From the NCBI GenBank assembly GCA_018396635.1, contig JAGTQE010000005.1:11325-75324 (forward strand): 64,000 nucleotides of DNA. Reading direction: 5' to 3'. Position numbers and translations under genes: made by a program. The notes under the pieces were generated by a model. The model was not told the origin of the DNA, searched no databases, and worked only from the letters and a program-made list of their open reading frames with translations. Origin of the DNA: Candidatus Bathyarchaeota archaeon (GTDB lineage: Archaea; Thermoproteota; Bathyarchaeia; Bathyarchaeales; DTEX01). Each line of letters begins with the position of its first letter. Position 1 is the stretch's first letter. Positions 29,400 to 40,043 of this stretch are shown here, piece by piece.

Positions 29400-30500
29400 C
29401 TAATCTCCAGCCCCACCAGTCCCAAACGGCCCAAAGAGAGCCTTTCTAATGCTCGGCCACGTAACAACCTTAAGCCCATACTTCCTAGATATAAAACGCT
29501 GTATACCTATAACATCGCTCGCAGTGAAAGTCGAGAATATATGAGCCAGTCGAAGAGCCTCCGGATAACCCTGAAAAACCGAGTCGTTGCCCATAAGCCT
29601 CCGAAGCGCCATCATGTGCACGTCTCTGGACAGGCCCCTATCAACATCCACCCTGAAGGCGTAGCCCTTCTCACTCAATTTAGCAACATATATTTTGCCA
29701 AGCAGACGTAGACTCTTAGAGGATATCGATAGCATGTGCTCATCTATCTCTAGGAGGCAAGGCTCCCTCTGCTTCATGAGTAGATCCGTGATCCTCCTAC
29801 CAAGAAATTTAACTGTCGACGCCTTCGATAACGATATGACGGCATTTGAATTTCTCCTAGCATCCTCCAAAATTCGGAGCAGTAGACTCACACAGTCATT
29901 TTGTGGCCTGCAGGAGAGAGTTCCATCCCAAAGTATTATGCTGTTGCTTGCAGATCTAGACACCATCATTTGAATCCACCTTTCAAGGGCGTTACATAAG
30001 CGACTCTGCACCTCAATGAGAAACGACGCATTTGAACTATAGGCAATTGGTGAATATTGCCCAAGAACCCTCAATATCTCCCTCTTATTATCCTCAGTTA
30101 TGTGGAATGGAAATGGGCCTATACGCAAGCACCTATATTGCCTCCTCTCATTCCACACAACAGCCCCCCTAACAGCACATATAACCCCACTCTCAGTCTC
30201 GCCAACCTTAATGCTCGAGGTATCAATGGCCACTATAGGCGTATTGTCGGGGATAGGTTCCAGAGGCGAAATTATAGAGAAGGCATCCCTACTATAGACT
30301 TCAACAGTATCCTCCTGTTCACCGGATCTTTCAATAGACTGGCCGTTAAATTCGATCCACGGCTGAAAGAACCTCTCCTTTATCTCGTTCATTGAATTAA
30401 GGCTTAACTCAATAAACTTTCTTGAGAGGCCGATATTGTTGATAATTTGGGAAAAGTTATATTTTGGTGTTGCTGTATATTGTATTTGTTCAATCAACAA
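29400..30500 (-). CDS. NurA-family nuclease
   Basis: IVAIDTSS, ILWDGTL, SLSKAS, GYPEALRLAH. Confidence 0.82.
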   Translation of the reverse strand: MLIEQIQYTATPKYNFSQIINNIGLSRKFIELSLNSMNEIKERFFQPWIEFNGQSIERSGEQEDTVEVYSRDAFSIISPLEPIPDNTPIVAIDTSSIKVGETESGVICAVRGAVVWNERRQYRCLRIGPFPFHITEDNKREILRVLGQYSPIAYSSNASFLIEVQSRLCNALERWIQMMVSRSASNSIILWDGTLSCRPQNDCVSLLLRILEDARRNSNAVISLSKASTVKFLGRRITDLLMKQREPCLLEIDEHMLSISSKSLRLLGKIYVAKLSEKGYAFRVDVDRGLSRDVHMMALRRLMGNDSVFQGYPEALRLAHIFSTFTASDVIGIQRFISRKYGLKVVTWPSIRKALFGPFGTGGAGD

Positions 30501-30587
30501 CTTTCACCAAATAATAGGTAAGTGATCTTGTATATAAATGTTGCGCATGAACAAAATGCGCAATACAATAACAAAAGAGAGATAGAA

Positions 30588-31001
30588 ATGAGCGAAGAGC
30601 CTAAAGAGAAGCCCCCAGTCCACATAAAAATGAGGGTTGGAAATATAGAGTTTGAGATCAGCTGTAGGGAGGACCAGGTAAAGGAGGTTATAGATAAGGT
30701 TCTTTCAAGTGTATCCAGCTATACTTCTAAGGGGGAGGTTGCTCCAGAAGCCGCCGCACCTCCAGCTAAGGCTGAGACATGTCGTGGCGTTATCGAGCGG
30801 CTATGGAGGGAGGGGTGGTTTTCTGTTCCACGCTCCCTCAACGATGTCCATAAGGAGATGACCCGCATAGGCTACCACTACGATCGGACAGCTGTAGCTC
30901 ACGTCCTACTAGATCTTGTTAGGGATGGGATACTTACCCGGGAAGGGAAGGCGAAGAGATACCTTTATGCCCAGAAGAGACCTCCACCCCCTCAAAAATG
31001 A
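30588..31001 (+). CDS. Hypothetical protein with C-terminal winged helix
   Basis: EGWFSVPRSLNDVHKEM...AVAHVLLDLVRDGILTREG..RYLY. Confidence 0.65.
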   Translation: MSEEPKEKPPVHIKMRVGNIEFEISCREDQVKEVIDKVLSSVSSYTSKGEVAPEAAAPPAKAETCRGVIERLWREGWFSVPRSLNDVHKEMTRIGYHYDRTAVAHVLLDLVRDGILTREGKAKRYLYAQKRPPPPQK

Positions 31002-31025
31002 TTTATAGGAGAGCGAAGAGCTGGC

Positions 31026-31568
31026 ATGGGTATGGAATCTAGAGTTTTAGTTCTTGCCCACTGCCTACTCAACAAGGCCACTAGGTGGTGGCAGGAAGGA
31101 AAGCCCTTGGAAAGGAACATCGGCCTAGCCGCAGAGATAATTGAATACGCCTTAAGGCATAATATTGGAGTTATCCAGATGCCATGCCCAGAATTCACGT
31201 TCTGCGGAAATCCCCGCCCATCTAGGACGAAGGATGAGTATGAATCCCTACCGGGCTTCAAGGAGCACTGCGATAGGCTGGCGAGATCCGTCGCTGAGCA
31301 ACTTAAGACCCTAACTTCTATAAGCGTAAGGCCTAGAATTTATGTGTTGGCCATCGTCGGCGTTAGACGCTCCCCTTCATGCGCTGTCAGGAGCGCAACC
31401 AGAAAAGTGTGCGGTGAGGTGAAGGTTGTTGAGGAGAGAGGCGTTTTTATGGATGCCTTAGAGAGGCATATTGCAAGGGAGGGGTTAAATGTAGAGTTCT
31501 TGGAGTTCGACTTTGACCACCCGCAGGAAGCGATTATTGGCTTGAAGAGAATTCTGGCCAGAGAATAA
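31026..31568 (+). CDS. DUF523 / thiouracil desulfidase-related Fe-S protein
   Basis: AHCLLN, IQMPCPE, RSPSCA. Confidence 0.7.
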   Translation: MGMESRVLVLAHCLLNKATRWWQEGKPLERNIGLAAEIIEYALRHNIGVIQMPCPEFTFCGNPRPSRTKDEYESLPGFKEHCDRLARSVAEQLKTLTSISVRPRIYVLAIVGVRRSPSCAVRSATRKVCGEVKVVEERGVFMDALERHIAREGLNVEFLEFDFDHPQEAIIGLKRILARE

Positions 31569-31569
31569 A

Positions 31570-32265
31570 TTAAACCCTCGACTTAACTTGGCTCAGCATT
31601 ATCTTCACTTCATCCTCCCCTATAGCATCCATCTCATATAATTTTTGGGCAACATTACTTATCTTCAGCACCGAGTGTAGCTTTACACCTATTTTCTCAA
31701 GTCTCTCACGCCCACCCTCCTCCCTATCCAGCAGCACGATAGCATCTGAGACTAAACCGCCCTCAGCCCTAACAGCAAGGGCTGATTTCTTGAGGGTTAA
31801 ACCTGTTGTCACAAGATCATCCACTAGAAGAACTCTGTCTCCGGGCACAATTATCCCCTCAACCCTACGCTCCCTACCCCTAAGCCTCTGCTTCTGTCTG
31901 ATATATATGAAGGGCTTCTTGAGCAGGTAAGCTGAAACAGAACTTAGCGGTAGACCAGCAGTGGGTATGCCAGCTATCCTATCGAAATTCTCCACCCCAA
32001 TCTCGCTTCTTATAGAATCAACAAATATATCAACAACCTTAGCAAAGGCATCAGGAAAACTTGTAATAACTCTCAAATCAATATAGTAGGGGGTTATTCT
32101 ACCATTAGGCAGCTTAAATGTGCCAAACTCAATGGCCCCAGTCCTCTTCAGCACCCTACAAATCTCCTCTAAAATCAATCCCCTTCCACCAAGCCCATAT
32201 CCTATAATGGCCATATCAACCCCATATAAGACTAGACTTAATCTCCTTAAAAGGATAATTAACAA
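31570..32265 (-). CDS. pyrE: Orotate phosphoribosyltransferase (true start probably downstream of the ORF call)
   Basis: FGTFKL, PYYIDLR, VLLVDDLVTTG. Confidence 0.9.
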   Translation of the reverse strand: MLIILLRRLSLVLYGVDMAIIGYGLGGRGLILEEICRVLKRTGAIEFGTFKLPNGRITPYYIDLRVITSFPDAFAKVVDIFVDSIRSEIGVENFDRIAGIPTAGLPLSSVSAYLLKKPFIYIRQKQRLRGRERRVEGIIVPGDRVLLVDDLVTTGLTLKKSALAVRAEGGLVSDAIVLLDREEGGRERLEKIGVKLHSVLKISNVAQKLYEMDAIGEDEVKIMLSQVKSRV

Positions 32266-32323
32266 ATTTATTGATGGACATCTAAAAATTATTATGCTAA
32301 GCAGCCATGCGTGGTGAGCCTTA

Positions 32324-33757
32324 TTGGAAGATATTGCCCACTACATTATTGACAGCGCCAGGAACATGGGTGCAGAGTACGCTGAGGCAAGGCTGCAGAC
32401 AGACTTACGCGAATCCATAGTCATGAAGAATGGTGTTCTAGAGGCATCAGTCCTCGAGGAGAGTAGGGGTGTTGGCATAAGGATCCTTGTGGACGGCTCT
32501 TTAGGCTTCGCCTCAACAAACTCCATGAGAAGGAGGGATGTTGAGAGAGCGCTTAAAAGCGCCTTTAAGATCGCTAGGTCGGCATCTAGACTAATTAAGC
32601 GGAAGATAACTATGGGTAAGGGTGAGCTTGGAAGTGGAAAGGTTGATATCAAGCCCAGAATAAATTTTGGAAGCGTCGATCTAGAGTCTAGGGTTAATCT
32701 GCTTAAGGAAGCGGACGAGCAAGCAATTAATGCATCCTCAATGCTTAATGTTAAGGTCCCATCAAGAATGATTGTTCTGGACACCTGGGTGACGGAGAAA
32801 CTGGTCATGACAAGCGACGGAGCGAACGTTTATAGCGTAACTCCAAGGGCAGCCCTCTTCACCTTCATAACAGTCTTTCACCCACAGAAGGGCCCGGCTC
32901 AAAGATACTTTAATCTCGGCGAGACAGGCGGATGGGAAGTTGTTGAGAGGTGGAATCTACCCAAAATATTCTATGATGAGACGTATGCCCTATCAAAAGT
33001 GCTTATGGAGGCTGTAAAAACGCCTGAGGGTGAGATGGACGCTGTCTTGGGCCCGGAGGTCGTTGGGATCGTTAGCCATGAGTCGTGTGGACACCCAAGT
33101 GAAGCCGATAGGATACTTGGGAGGGAGGCGGCTCAAGCTGGCGAAACATTTCTCAAGCCCGATTCAATAGGGCTTAGGGTTGGCTCAAATTACGTGAATG
33201 TTGTTGATGACCCAACCATAAAAGGATCTTTCGGATTCTATCTATACGATGATGAGGGCGTTAAGGCTAGGAGGCGTATACTAATTAAGGAGGGCGTGGT
33301 GAACGAGTTCCTACATAACCGTGAGACCGCAAGTGTGTTTGGCGTCGAGAGCAATGGTTCTTCTAGATCCGTAGCGTATAATCGTGAGCCGATTGTTAGG
33401 ATGGCGAACACATTCTTCCTACCGGGAGACTACTCTGAGGAGGAGATCTTTGAGGACATAAAGCATGGAATATATATGAAGAGTTTCATGGAGTGGAATA
33501 TTGACGATAGAAGGTTTAACCAACGCTACGTTGGATTAGAAGCCTACAGAATAGAGAATGGTGAGCTAAGAGAGATGATCAGAAACCCAATCCTTGAGAT
33601 AACGACAATTGGACTTTGGTCCTCAGTCGACGCAGCTAGCAAGAAACCCGAATTCCAGGCAGCATATTGTGGTAAGGGAGATCCAATGCAGGGCATACCA
33701 GTTTGGACTGGCGGACCACATATACGCTTAAGAAAAGTTAGGATTGGTGGTGCATGA
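32324..33757 (+). CDS. tldD: TldD family metalloprotease subunit
   Basis: HESCGH, YDDEGV, RMANT, CGKG. Confidence 0.9.
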   Translation: MEDIAHYIIDSARNMGAEYAEARLQTDLRESIVMKNGVLEASVLEESRGVGIRILVDGSLGFASTNSMRRRDVERALKSAFKIARSASRLIKRKITMGKGELGSGKVDIKPRINFGSVDLESRVNLLKEADEQAINASSMLNVKVPSRMIVLDTWVTEKLVMTSDGANVYSVTPRAALFTFITVFHPQKGPAQRYFNLGETGGWEVVERWNLPKIFYDETYALSKVLMEAVKTPEGEMDAVLGPEVVGIVSHESCGHPSEADRILGREAAQAGETFLKPDSIGLRVGSNYVNVVDDPTIKGSFGFYLYDDEGVKARRRILIKEGVVNEFLHNRETASVFGVESNGSSRSVAYNREPIVRMANTFFLPGDYSEEEIFEDIKHGIYMKSFMEWNIDDRRFNQRYVGLEAYRIENGELREMIRNPILEITTIGLWSSVDAASKKPEFQAAYCGKGDPMQGIPVWTGGPHIRLRKVRIGGA

Positions 33758-35091
33758 GGATGAAGTTGAGCGAGATTCCACAATATATTGTTGATTTAGC
33801 TAGGCGTCTAGGGGCAACAGATGTAGCGGCTAAGCTTGTTGAGTCTCAGAGGACCATGATACGTTTCTCAAATAATGAGGTCACTGTATCAAAGACCTTC
33901 TTCGAGAATAGTGTAGACGTATTCCTTATGGTTGAGAAGCATAGGGCTGCAACATCAATAAGTACATTATCTCTCAAAAACATTAAAAAATCCATAGAGA
34001 ACCTCATAAAAGTGGCTAAATCAACACCGCCAGCCGACATATATGCGCCACTACCTAAAGGACCATTCACCTATAATCCTGAGTTAATTAAGGCTCCTGA
34101 AATACCGCTAGACGCTGATACATTGACGGGCTACGTTGAGTCAGCGATAAAATGTGCTTTAGATAAGGGCGCTGAGAGGGCTGCTGGAACACTAACAGCA
34201 TCCAGGTTTAAGGTTGCCCTCGCAACCTCAGGCGAAGTTTACGCCTCGGAAGAAAAAGCCAGCATAGAGTTATCTATTAGGGCTTTCGTCTCTGAGCTCG
34301 CCACAGGCCAAGCGGTCTCAGTTGCCAGCAGACTGGAAGACTTCAATCCCGAGGAGGCTGGAAGAATGGCTGGCGAAATAGCTAAAGCGGCATCTAATCC
34401 AAAGCCCGGCGAACCCGGAAAATATATGGCTCTTCTAGGGCCAATGGTTTTCGCAGACATCGCTAGCCAGGTTGGCGCCCTTTCATCAGCCTTCCTAGTT
34501 GAGGCAGGGCAATCATTCCTAGTCGATAAAATAAACTCTGAGGTAGCTTCTGAGAAATTTACTTTAATAGATGATCCAACGTTAGCTGGCACGCTTGGGG
34601 CAAGGGCATTCGATGACGAGGGTGTTCCAACCAGAAGGAACATTATAGTTGAGAGAGGCGTCCTTAAGACTTATCTACATAATAGTATTACTGCTAAAAA
34701 GTTTGGTGTAGAGACAACCGGCAACGCTGGAATAATTGTGCCTCACCCCTGGAACCTGGTAATTGAGCCGGGTGGCAAGTCGCCTGAGGAATTGTTAGCC
34801 GAAATAGACGATGGAATATATGTTACAAATGACTGGTATCTAAGGTATCAGAATTACAGGACTGGAGACTTCTCAACAATACCTAGGGATGGAATGTTCC
34901 GAGTTAGGAATGGAGAGATCGTTGAGTCGATTAGGGAGCTCAGGATAAGCGATAATATGCTCAGAATTTTAAGGAATATAGTGGACTTAAGCAGATCGAG
35001 GACTTGGATAAGGTGGTGGGAAGTAGAAATCCCAACGCTTACGCCATACGCGTTGATTAGCGAAGTAAACTTTACAAAGTCAAGAATGTAA
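33754..35091 (+). CDS. pmbA: PmbA/TldE family subunit
   Basis: FDDEGVPT, TTGNAG, no HExxxH; ATGA overlap with tldD. Confidence 0.88.
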   Translation: MRMKLSEIPQYIVDLARRLGATDVAAKLVESQRTMIRFSNNEVTVSKTFFENSVDVFLMVEKHRAATSISTLSLKNIKKSIENLIKVAKSTPPADIYAPLPKGPFTYNPELIKAPEIPLDADTLTGYVESAIKCALDKGAERAAGTLTASRFKVALATSGEVYASEEKASIELSIRAFVSELATGQAVSVASRLEDFNPEEAGRMAGEIAKAASNPKPGEPGKYMALLGPMVFADIASQVGALSSAFLVEAGQSFLVDKINSEVASEKFTLIDDPTLAGTLGARAFDDEGVPTRRNIIVERGVLKTYLHNSITAKKFGVETTGNAGIIVPHPWNLVIEPGGKSPEELLAEIDDGIYVTNDWYLRYQNYRTGDFSTIPRDGMFRVRNGEIVESIRELRISDNMLRILRNIVDLSRSRTWIRWWEVEIPTLTPYALISEVNFTKSRM

Positions 35092-35170
35092 ATGCCCGCT
35101 AAATAAAGCTGAAACTTTCATAACTCCTCAATTTTATATCCTTGATGTGAATGGGGAGAGGGGAATATAA

Positions 35171-36397
35171 TTAAACTTTCCAGTCAACCTTAATATTGTG
35201 GGGTTTAACATAAACCTTAATTAAACTAACTACTATTATTAGAAGCCATAATGGAGCCGCAATAAAATAGAAGACCGTAAACTCAAGAAAATTAAAATGA
35301 AAATGAAGTTTTCTGGCAATTAAGTAGAATGTTGTTGAGTATGTGGCTAGGCTTCCGAGAAATATAAGGAAATTTCTTAGCATTAATAGTGTTGTAGAGG
35401 TTAGGGCTGTTGGGGGCATGAAAATGTTCATTTTTGTGGATAAAAGAATTAAGGATACATATAGCATCTTAAGGGATAAGTCGTCTGGTATAAAAAGGTT
35501 CGCTAGCATTATTGGCAGGGCTGGAAAAATCAGCAATAATGATGGAATTATGACTTTAGGATACTTGCGCACAGCATACTTAAGTATCCTAAGGTTCTCT
35601 TTAAACCAGAAAGCTGCCCCTATCCCCCAACGTTTTCTCTGAATAAACCACTCCCTCCACGATGAGGGAGCCTTTGTGTGAACGGATATATTTTCTGCAA
35701 ACTTGAAGCGTGCGCCGTTAGTGAAAGATCTTGTGGCTATGTCCAGATCTTCACATATTACTCTCCTAAACCCACCCAGCTCCTCAAAAGTACTCTTCTT
35801 GACAGCGAATGCTGCACCATTAATCCCTAAACACCGCCCTATACTACGGGAGAAATATAGGCTTGTAAAGTTGAAGCCTAAGTAATCATAGCTCGCAACC
35901 TTTGCAACAAATGAATTTCTAATAATTCCTTTCTTAATTTCAAGGATATCAGCATCATTCATTTCGCTAGCTACTGCCTTAAGGAAACTCTCTCCATTCT
36001 TCTCTATTAAAACATCAGAGTCTAAGAATAGTAATATGTCGCCTTTTGATTTTTTAGCAATCTCGTTCAATACGTTAGCCTTACCCTTCCTAACGCCATT
36101 AAATATAAAGTGAACGTTCTCGCCGGAAAATCTCTTAGAGAGATCTAAGCTTTTCTGCGTTGGCTCATCTATTATGACGAAAATCTCCTTCTCTTCATAT
36201 GGATCTTTAAGTAGATCTTCGATCAAAGGCTCGAGTAGATCTGATTCTCGGTAAACTGGAATTAAAATGCTTATCTTCCCAGAGCTAATCATATTAACCA
36301 TTAGTAACATTCTGAAAATATTTTTGATTTTCGATATCTTCAGATAAAGAAGATCTTTCATTACCTCAACGTATACATTAAATCCAATCCAACCCAT
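35171..36397 (-). CDS. Family 2 glycosyltransferase, membrane-bound (start uncertain)
   Basis: ILIPVYRE, GKA, FLDSD, CEDLD, QRKRW, C-terminal TMs. Confidence 0.88.
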   Translation of the reverse strand: MGWIGFNVYVEVMKDLLYLKISKIKNIFRMLLMVNMISSGKISILIPVYRESDLLEPLIEDLLKDPYEEKEIFVIIDEPTQKSLDLSKRFSGENVHFIFNGVRKGKANVLNEIAKKSKGDILLFLDSDVLIEKNGESFLKAVASEMNDADILEIKKGIIRNSFVAKVASYDYLGFNFTSLYFSRSIGRCLGINGAAFAVKKSTFEELGGFRRVICEDLDIATRSFTNGARFKFAENISVHTKAPSSWREWFIQRKRWGIGAAFWFKENLRILKYAVRKYPKVIIPSLLLIFPALPIMLANLFIPDDLSLKMLYVSLILLSTKMNIFMPPTALTSTTLLMLRNFLIFLGSLATYSTTFYLIARKLHFHFNFLEFTVFYFIAAPLWLLIIVVSLIKVYVKPHNIKVDWKV

Positions 36398-36455
36398 TAA
36401 AAAGGGTATTAAGATTTAATTACCTACTTAATTGAGATTAATATTTGGTGATTGA

Positions 36456-37658
36456 ATGAAGATAGTTGATTTAAAATGTACCGTTGTTGAGGGATACCCT
36501 CTAGTTAGAGTTGATACTGATGAGGGTATTAGCGGCATCGCCCAAATAGAGAAACCCAAACACTACATAAAGCCGCACGTCCTCTTCTATAAGCGGTTTA
36601 TTATTGGGCAGGATCCAACGAACGTTGAGAGGGTCATGTTAAGAATCCGAAATCTAGGCGGCTTCAAGCCCTGGGGCAGCGCTGTCAGCGCAATTGAGAT
36701 TGCGCTCTGGGATATAGCTGGAAAGGCTGCCGGGTTACCCGTATATAAACTGCTTGGTGGGAAAATAAGGGATAGGGTTCTCGTTTATAATACTGGCATA
36801 GGACCTGCGCCCACGGGCTTCACGCCAGAAGAATATGCTGAGAGCGCTAGAAGGAGGAAGGCTCTCCCAGAAGGCTTCAAGATATTCAAGTTCGGCGTTG
36901 CCTTCCACACGAGAATGCCTGCTGTCATCCCCAACTTCTTTTATGGCGAGGTTGAGGAGGGACCGACACCATACCCGAATAGGGGGCGCCTAACTGAGAG
37001 AGGATTAAAGCATATAGTTGAGTGTGTCAAAGCGCTTAAAGAAGTCCTTGGAGACGAGTACGGATTAGCCCTAGACTGCGGACCCGGATTCGACGTACAA
37101 TCGGCTTTAAGCTTGGCTAAGGCGTTGGAGCCATTCAATTTAATGTGGCTTGAGGATATGATTACTGGGGATTATACTCCATACACCGCGGTTGAAGCCT
37201 ACCGCTTAGTCTCATCCAATACAACGACCCCAATACATACGGGCGAGCAGATATATTTAAGGTACGGCTTTAAAGATTTGATCGAAAATAATGCTGTCGA
37301 TGTTATAGGTCCAGATCCATGCGATATTGGGGGGCTAGCTGAGCTCAAATGGGTTGCTGAGTTTGCGGATCTACATGGCATTCTTATAGCTCCTCACGGT
37401 GTCTTTGACGGCATAATTGGCGTTGCTGCGTTAACGCAGGTTTGCGCAACCCTACCTAAAAACTTCATAGCTTTTGAGATGCCAGTGATAGAGCCTGTAT
37501 GGTGGGAGCTTGTTAAGGGACTACCGAATCCTCTTGTTAAGGATGGATATGTAGAGGTTCAGGATAAGCCTGGGTTGGGCGTTGAGCTTAATGAGAAGGC
37601 TCTAGCAAAATATCTTCCTGAAGGCGATGACTTTCTAGATTACAGCTCAAAGAAGTAG
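36456..37658 (+). CDS. Mandelate racemase/enolase superfamily dehydratase
   Basis: EIALWDIAGKAAGLPVYKLLGG, WLED, TGEQ, PGLGVE. Confidence 0.88.
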   Translation: MKIVDLKCTVVEGYPLVRVDTDEGISGIAQIEKPKHYIKPHVLFYKRFIIGQDPTNVERVMLRIRNLGGFKPWGSAVSAIEIALWDIAGKAAGLPVYKLLGGKIRDRVLVYNTGIGPAPTGFTPEEYAESARRRKALPEGFKIFKFGVAFHTRMPAVIPNFFYGEVEEGPTPYPNRGRLTERGLKHIVECVKALKEVLGDEYGLALDCGPGFDVQSALSLAKALEPFNLMWLEDMITGDYTPYTAVEAYRLVSSNTTTPIHTGEQIYLRYGFKDLIENNAVDVIGPDPCDIGGLAELKWVAEFADLHGILIAPHGVFDGIIGVAALTQVCATLPKNFIAFEMPVIEPVWWELVKGLPNPLVKDGYVEVQDKPGLGVELNEKALAKYLPEGDDFLDYSSKK

Positions 37659-37683
37659 ATAACCTTCCATCCACATTTCTTAG

Positions 37684-38721
37684 CTAATCAAGTATTTGGA
37701 GGTCTAGAGCTAAACCATTAGGGGAAAGATCTCTATAGATCATTTGAAGCTCCTGCCGAGTGACGGGGCCTGTTATTATAAGGGGCTTCTCCCTTTGTAT
37801 CCTTTTGAGGGTTGGGAGCAAACTCTGTACTGGCGGAGAGAAGACCTTAGCCGGGTAATCTATGCTCACCTGTATTGCGCTTAGCTCCGGTATCTCCACT
37901 AGCTTATCCGCCAAATGAATATTTGCAGAATGAAGATGAAAAATGGAGTATTTAGATGCCTTAATAACCTTTACATCATAGGGGAGGAATATTTTCTCAT
38001 AAACTTTTGGAGAAATGAGCACCGAATAGTCCGCTTGGTTTCTACAGATCGGTTCAGGAGCCCAAATACCATACATGCAGCTGTAGCCGCCGCTAAACTT
38101 TGGAAGTAAACTTAGCTGCATGTTAAATGATTGGATAAACACATCTGCATAGAAATCTAGAAGGCTTCTAAGAGCATCAGGGCGCCTAAATATCGATATG
38201 CAAAGTCTCTCCGGACCTAAAGCGGATGCAGCCATATCCATTGGCCCTCTAAAAAGTGGCTGCACGACTGGTAGGCGACCTCTAGAGAATTCGACTAGCG
38301 CGGACGTGAATTCAAGAAACTTTTGCAGCCATTTATCATTTATTTTCATATGCATATGTATATTTTCCACATCATGTATGATTGGTTCAGCCCATACTTT
38401 ACCAGCGGAAACACGGATTGGGCAGCCAATGAAAGCCTGAGTCCAGCAAAGGTCGGCTGGGGCCAAAGTTCTAATAAAGTCGCCGGAAAGTATTGGCGAG
38501 TCAAAATTTATGTCTAGGCATCTAATGAAGAGTTTAGGCTCTATCAACTGGGGCTCTAAAAGCACGCCATCTGTTACCAGACGCCCATCAGCCAATGGTA
38601 TCGCCACATCCCTCCTAAGAGGCTCATATCTGCCTAATCGAGTAAGCGGCCTCGAATTACTCATCTGCCAGAAGAGCATATGCATCTTTAGAGCCTCTTC
38701 CAAGCTTAACCCACCCATCAT
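37684..38721 (-). CDS. Uroporphyrinogen decarboxylase/MtaA-like fold protein
   Basis: RGPMDMA, QADYSVLISP, FHLHS. Confidence 0.65.
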   Translation of the reverse strand: MMGGLSLEEALKMHMLFWQMSNSRPLTRLGRYEPLRRDVAIPLADGRLVTDGVLLEPQLIEPKLFIRCLDINFDSPILSGDFIRTLAPADLCWTQAFIGCPIRVSAGKVWAEPIIHDVENIHMHMKINDKWLQKFLEFTSALVEFSRGRLPVVQPLFRGPMDMAASALGPERLCISIFRRPDALRSLLDFYADVFIQSFNMQLSLLPKFSGGYSCMYGIWAPEPICRNQADYSVLISPKVYEKIFLPYDVKVIKASKYSIFHLHSANIHLADKLVEIPELSAIQVSIDYPAKVFSPPVQSLLPTLKRIQREKPLIITGPVTRQELQMIYRDLSPNGLALDLQILD

Positions 38722-38938
38722 GGCAACTTACCGCGCTCCTATTAAAAATGCTTTAATATGTAGACCTTGAAGATAGCTCTATAAGGCATTTATTAACCTT
38801 AAAGATTATAGCTATATCTTCGATTTCTAGGGAGCGTTTATGGCCTGTATATTAAGTCACGTAATTTCGGAGTGCAAGTATCAAGCATAAAGCAATAATT
38901 TATAAAGGCAATTCAAAATAAGTGTTAATGGGTTGACC

Positions 38939-39901
38939 ATGAGGCTTGCCCTAGGATCCATATATGAGCTTACTGAAGATAAGCTTATCTTCGCGAAGCA
39001 GCTCGGCGTTGAGGAGATAGTTGTCCATGCGCCCGTAGACCCCTCCCTATCTGGTGGGCCAGGATACTATGAGTTTTACCCGCTCCTGAGACTTAGGACT
39101 CGTGTTGAGGCGTATGGGCTTAAACTGCTCGCAATAGAGAACATACCCTCACAATGGTATATGAAGGTGATGCTTGGCGAGGAGGGGCGGGATGAACAAA
39201 TAGAGAACTTCTGTAAGACTTTAGAAAATATGGGTAAGGCTCGGATACCAATACTCGGCTATAACTTTATGCCGACCGGTGTTTGGAGAACATGTACAGA
39301 CATGCCTTGGAGAGGAGCCCGCGTAACGAGCTTCGATTATGAGCTCGTTAAGGATGCTCCCGCAAAGCTGGGTAAACTTAACGATGAACAGATGTGGGAG
39401 AACTTTAAATACTTCATTAAGAGGGTTTTGCCGACGGCCGAGGAGGCGGGGGTTAAGCTAGCCCTTCACCCAGATGATCCGCCCGTCCCATCTATTGCTG
39501 GCATAGCGAGGATTTTTAGGAGTGTTGAGGCCTTTAAGCGCCTTATAGAGATGGCTCCAAGCGAATATAATGGCATATTGTTCTGCCAAGGGAACTTTGC
39601 ACTAATGGAGACTGATATTATGGAGGCGATACGGTACTTTGGCTCTAGGCGGAAGATATTTTATGTGCACTTTAGGAATGTTCGTGGGAACGCATACAAG
39701 TTCCATGAGACGTTCATAGATGATGGACAAGTAGATATGCTGAGGGCTATGTTAGCCTATAAGGAAGTTGGCTATGACAGCGTCTTCATAGATGATCATG
39801 TCCCACACTCCCCAGACGACACGCCATGGTGCCATAGGGGCAGAGCCTACGCATGCGGCTACATAAAAGCCCTCATAGAGGCTGTGAAGAGACTTGGCTA
39901 A
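38939..39901 (+). CDS. uxuA: Mannonate dehydratase
   Basis: YNFMP, ALHPDDPP, YVHFRNV, DDHVP. Confidence 0.88.
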   Translation: MRLALGSIYELTEDKLIFAKQLGVEEIVVHAPVDPSLSGGPGYYEFYPLLRLRTRVEAYGLKLLAIENIPSQWYMKVMLGEEGRDEQIENFCKTLENMGKARIPILGYNFMPTGVWRTCTDMPWRGARVTSFDYELVKDAPAKLGKLNDEQMWENFKYFIKRVLPTAEEAGVKLALHPDDPPVPSIAGIARIFRSVEAFKRLIEMAPSEYNGILFCQGNFALMETDIMEAIRYFGSRRKIFYVHFRNVRGNAYKFHETFIDDGQVDMLRAMLAYKEVGYDSVFIDDHVPHSPDDTPWCHRGRAYACGYIKALIEAVKRLG

Positions 39902-40043
39902 AACACTGTGATAGTGCATACGATATTTTGATGTACGGCCAATATAGATGTAATAAAATATTTTCGGCAAAAGGAGGGTTCTAAGCCGTAGGGCAAATCC
40001 ATTACTTTTAAAATACGATAACTTAAATTATTTTTGATGGAAT

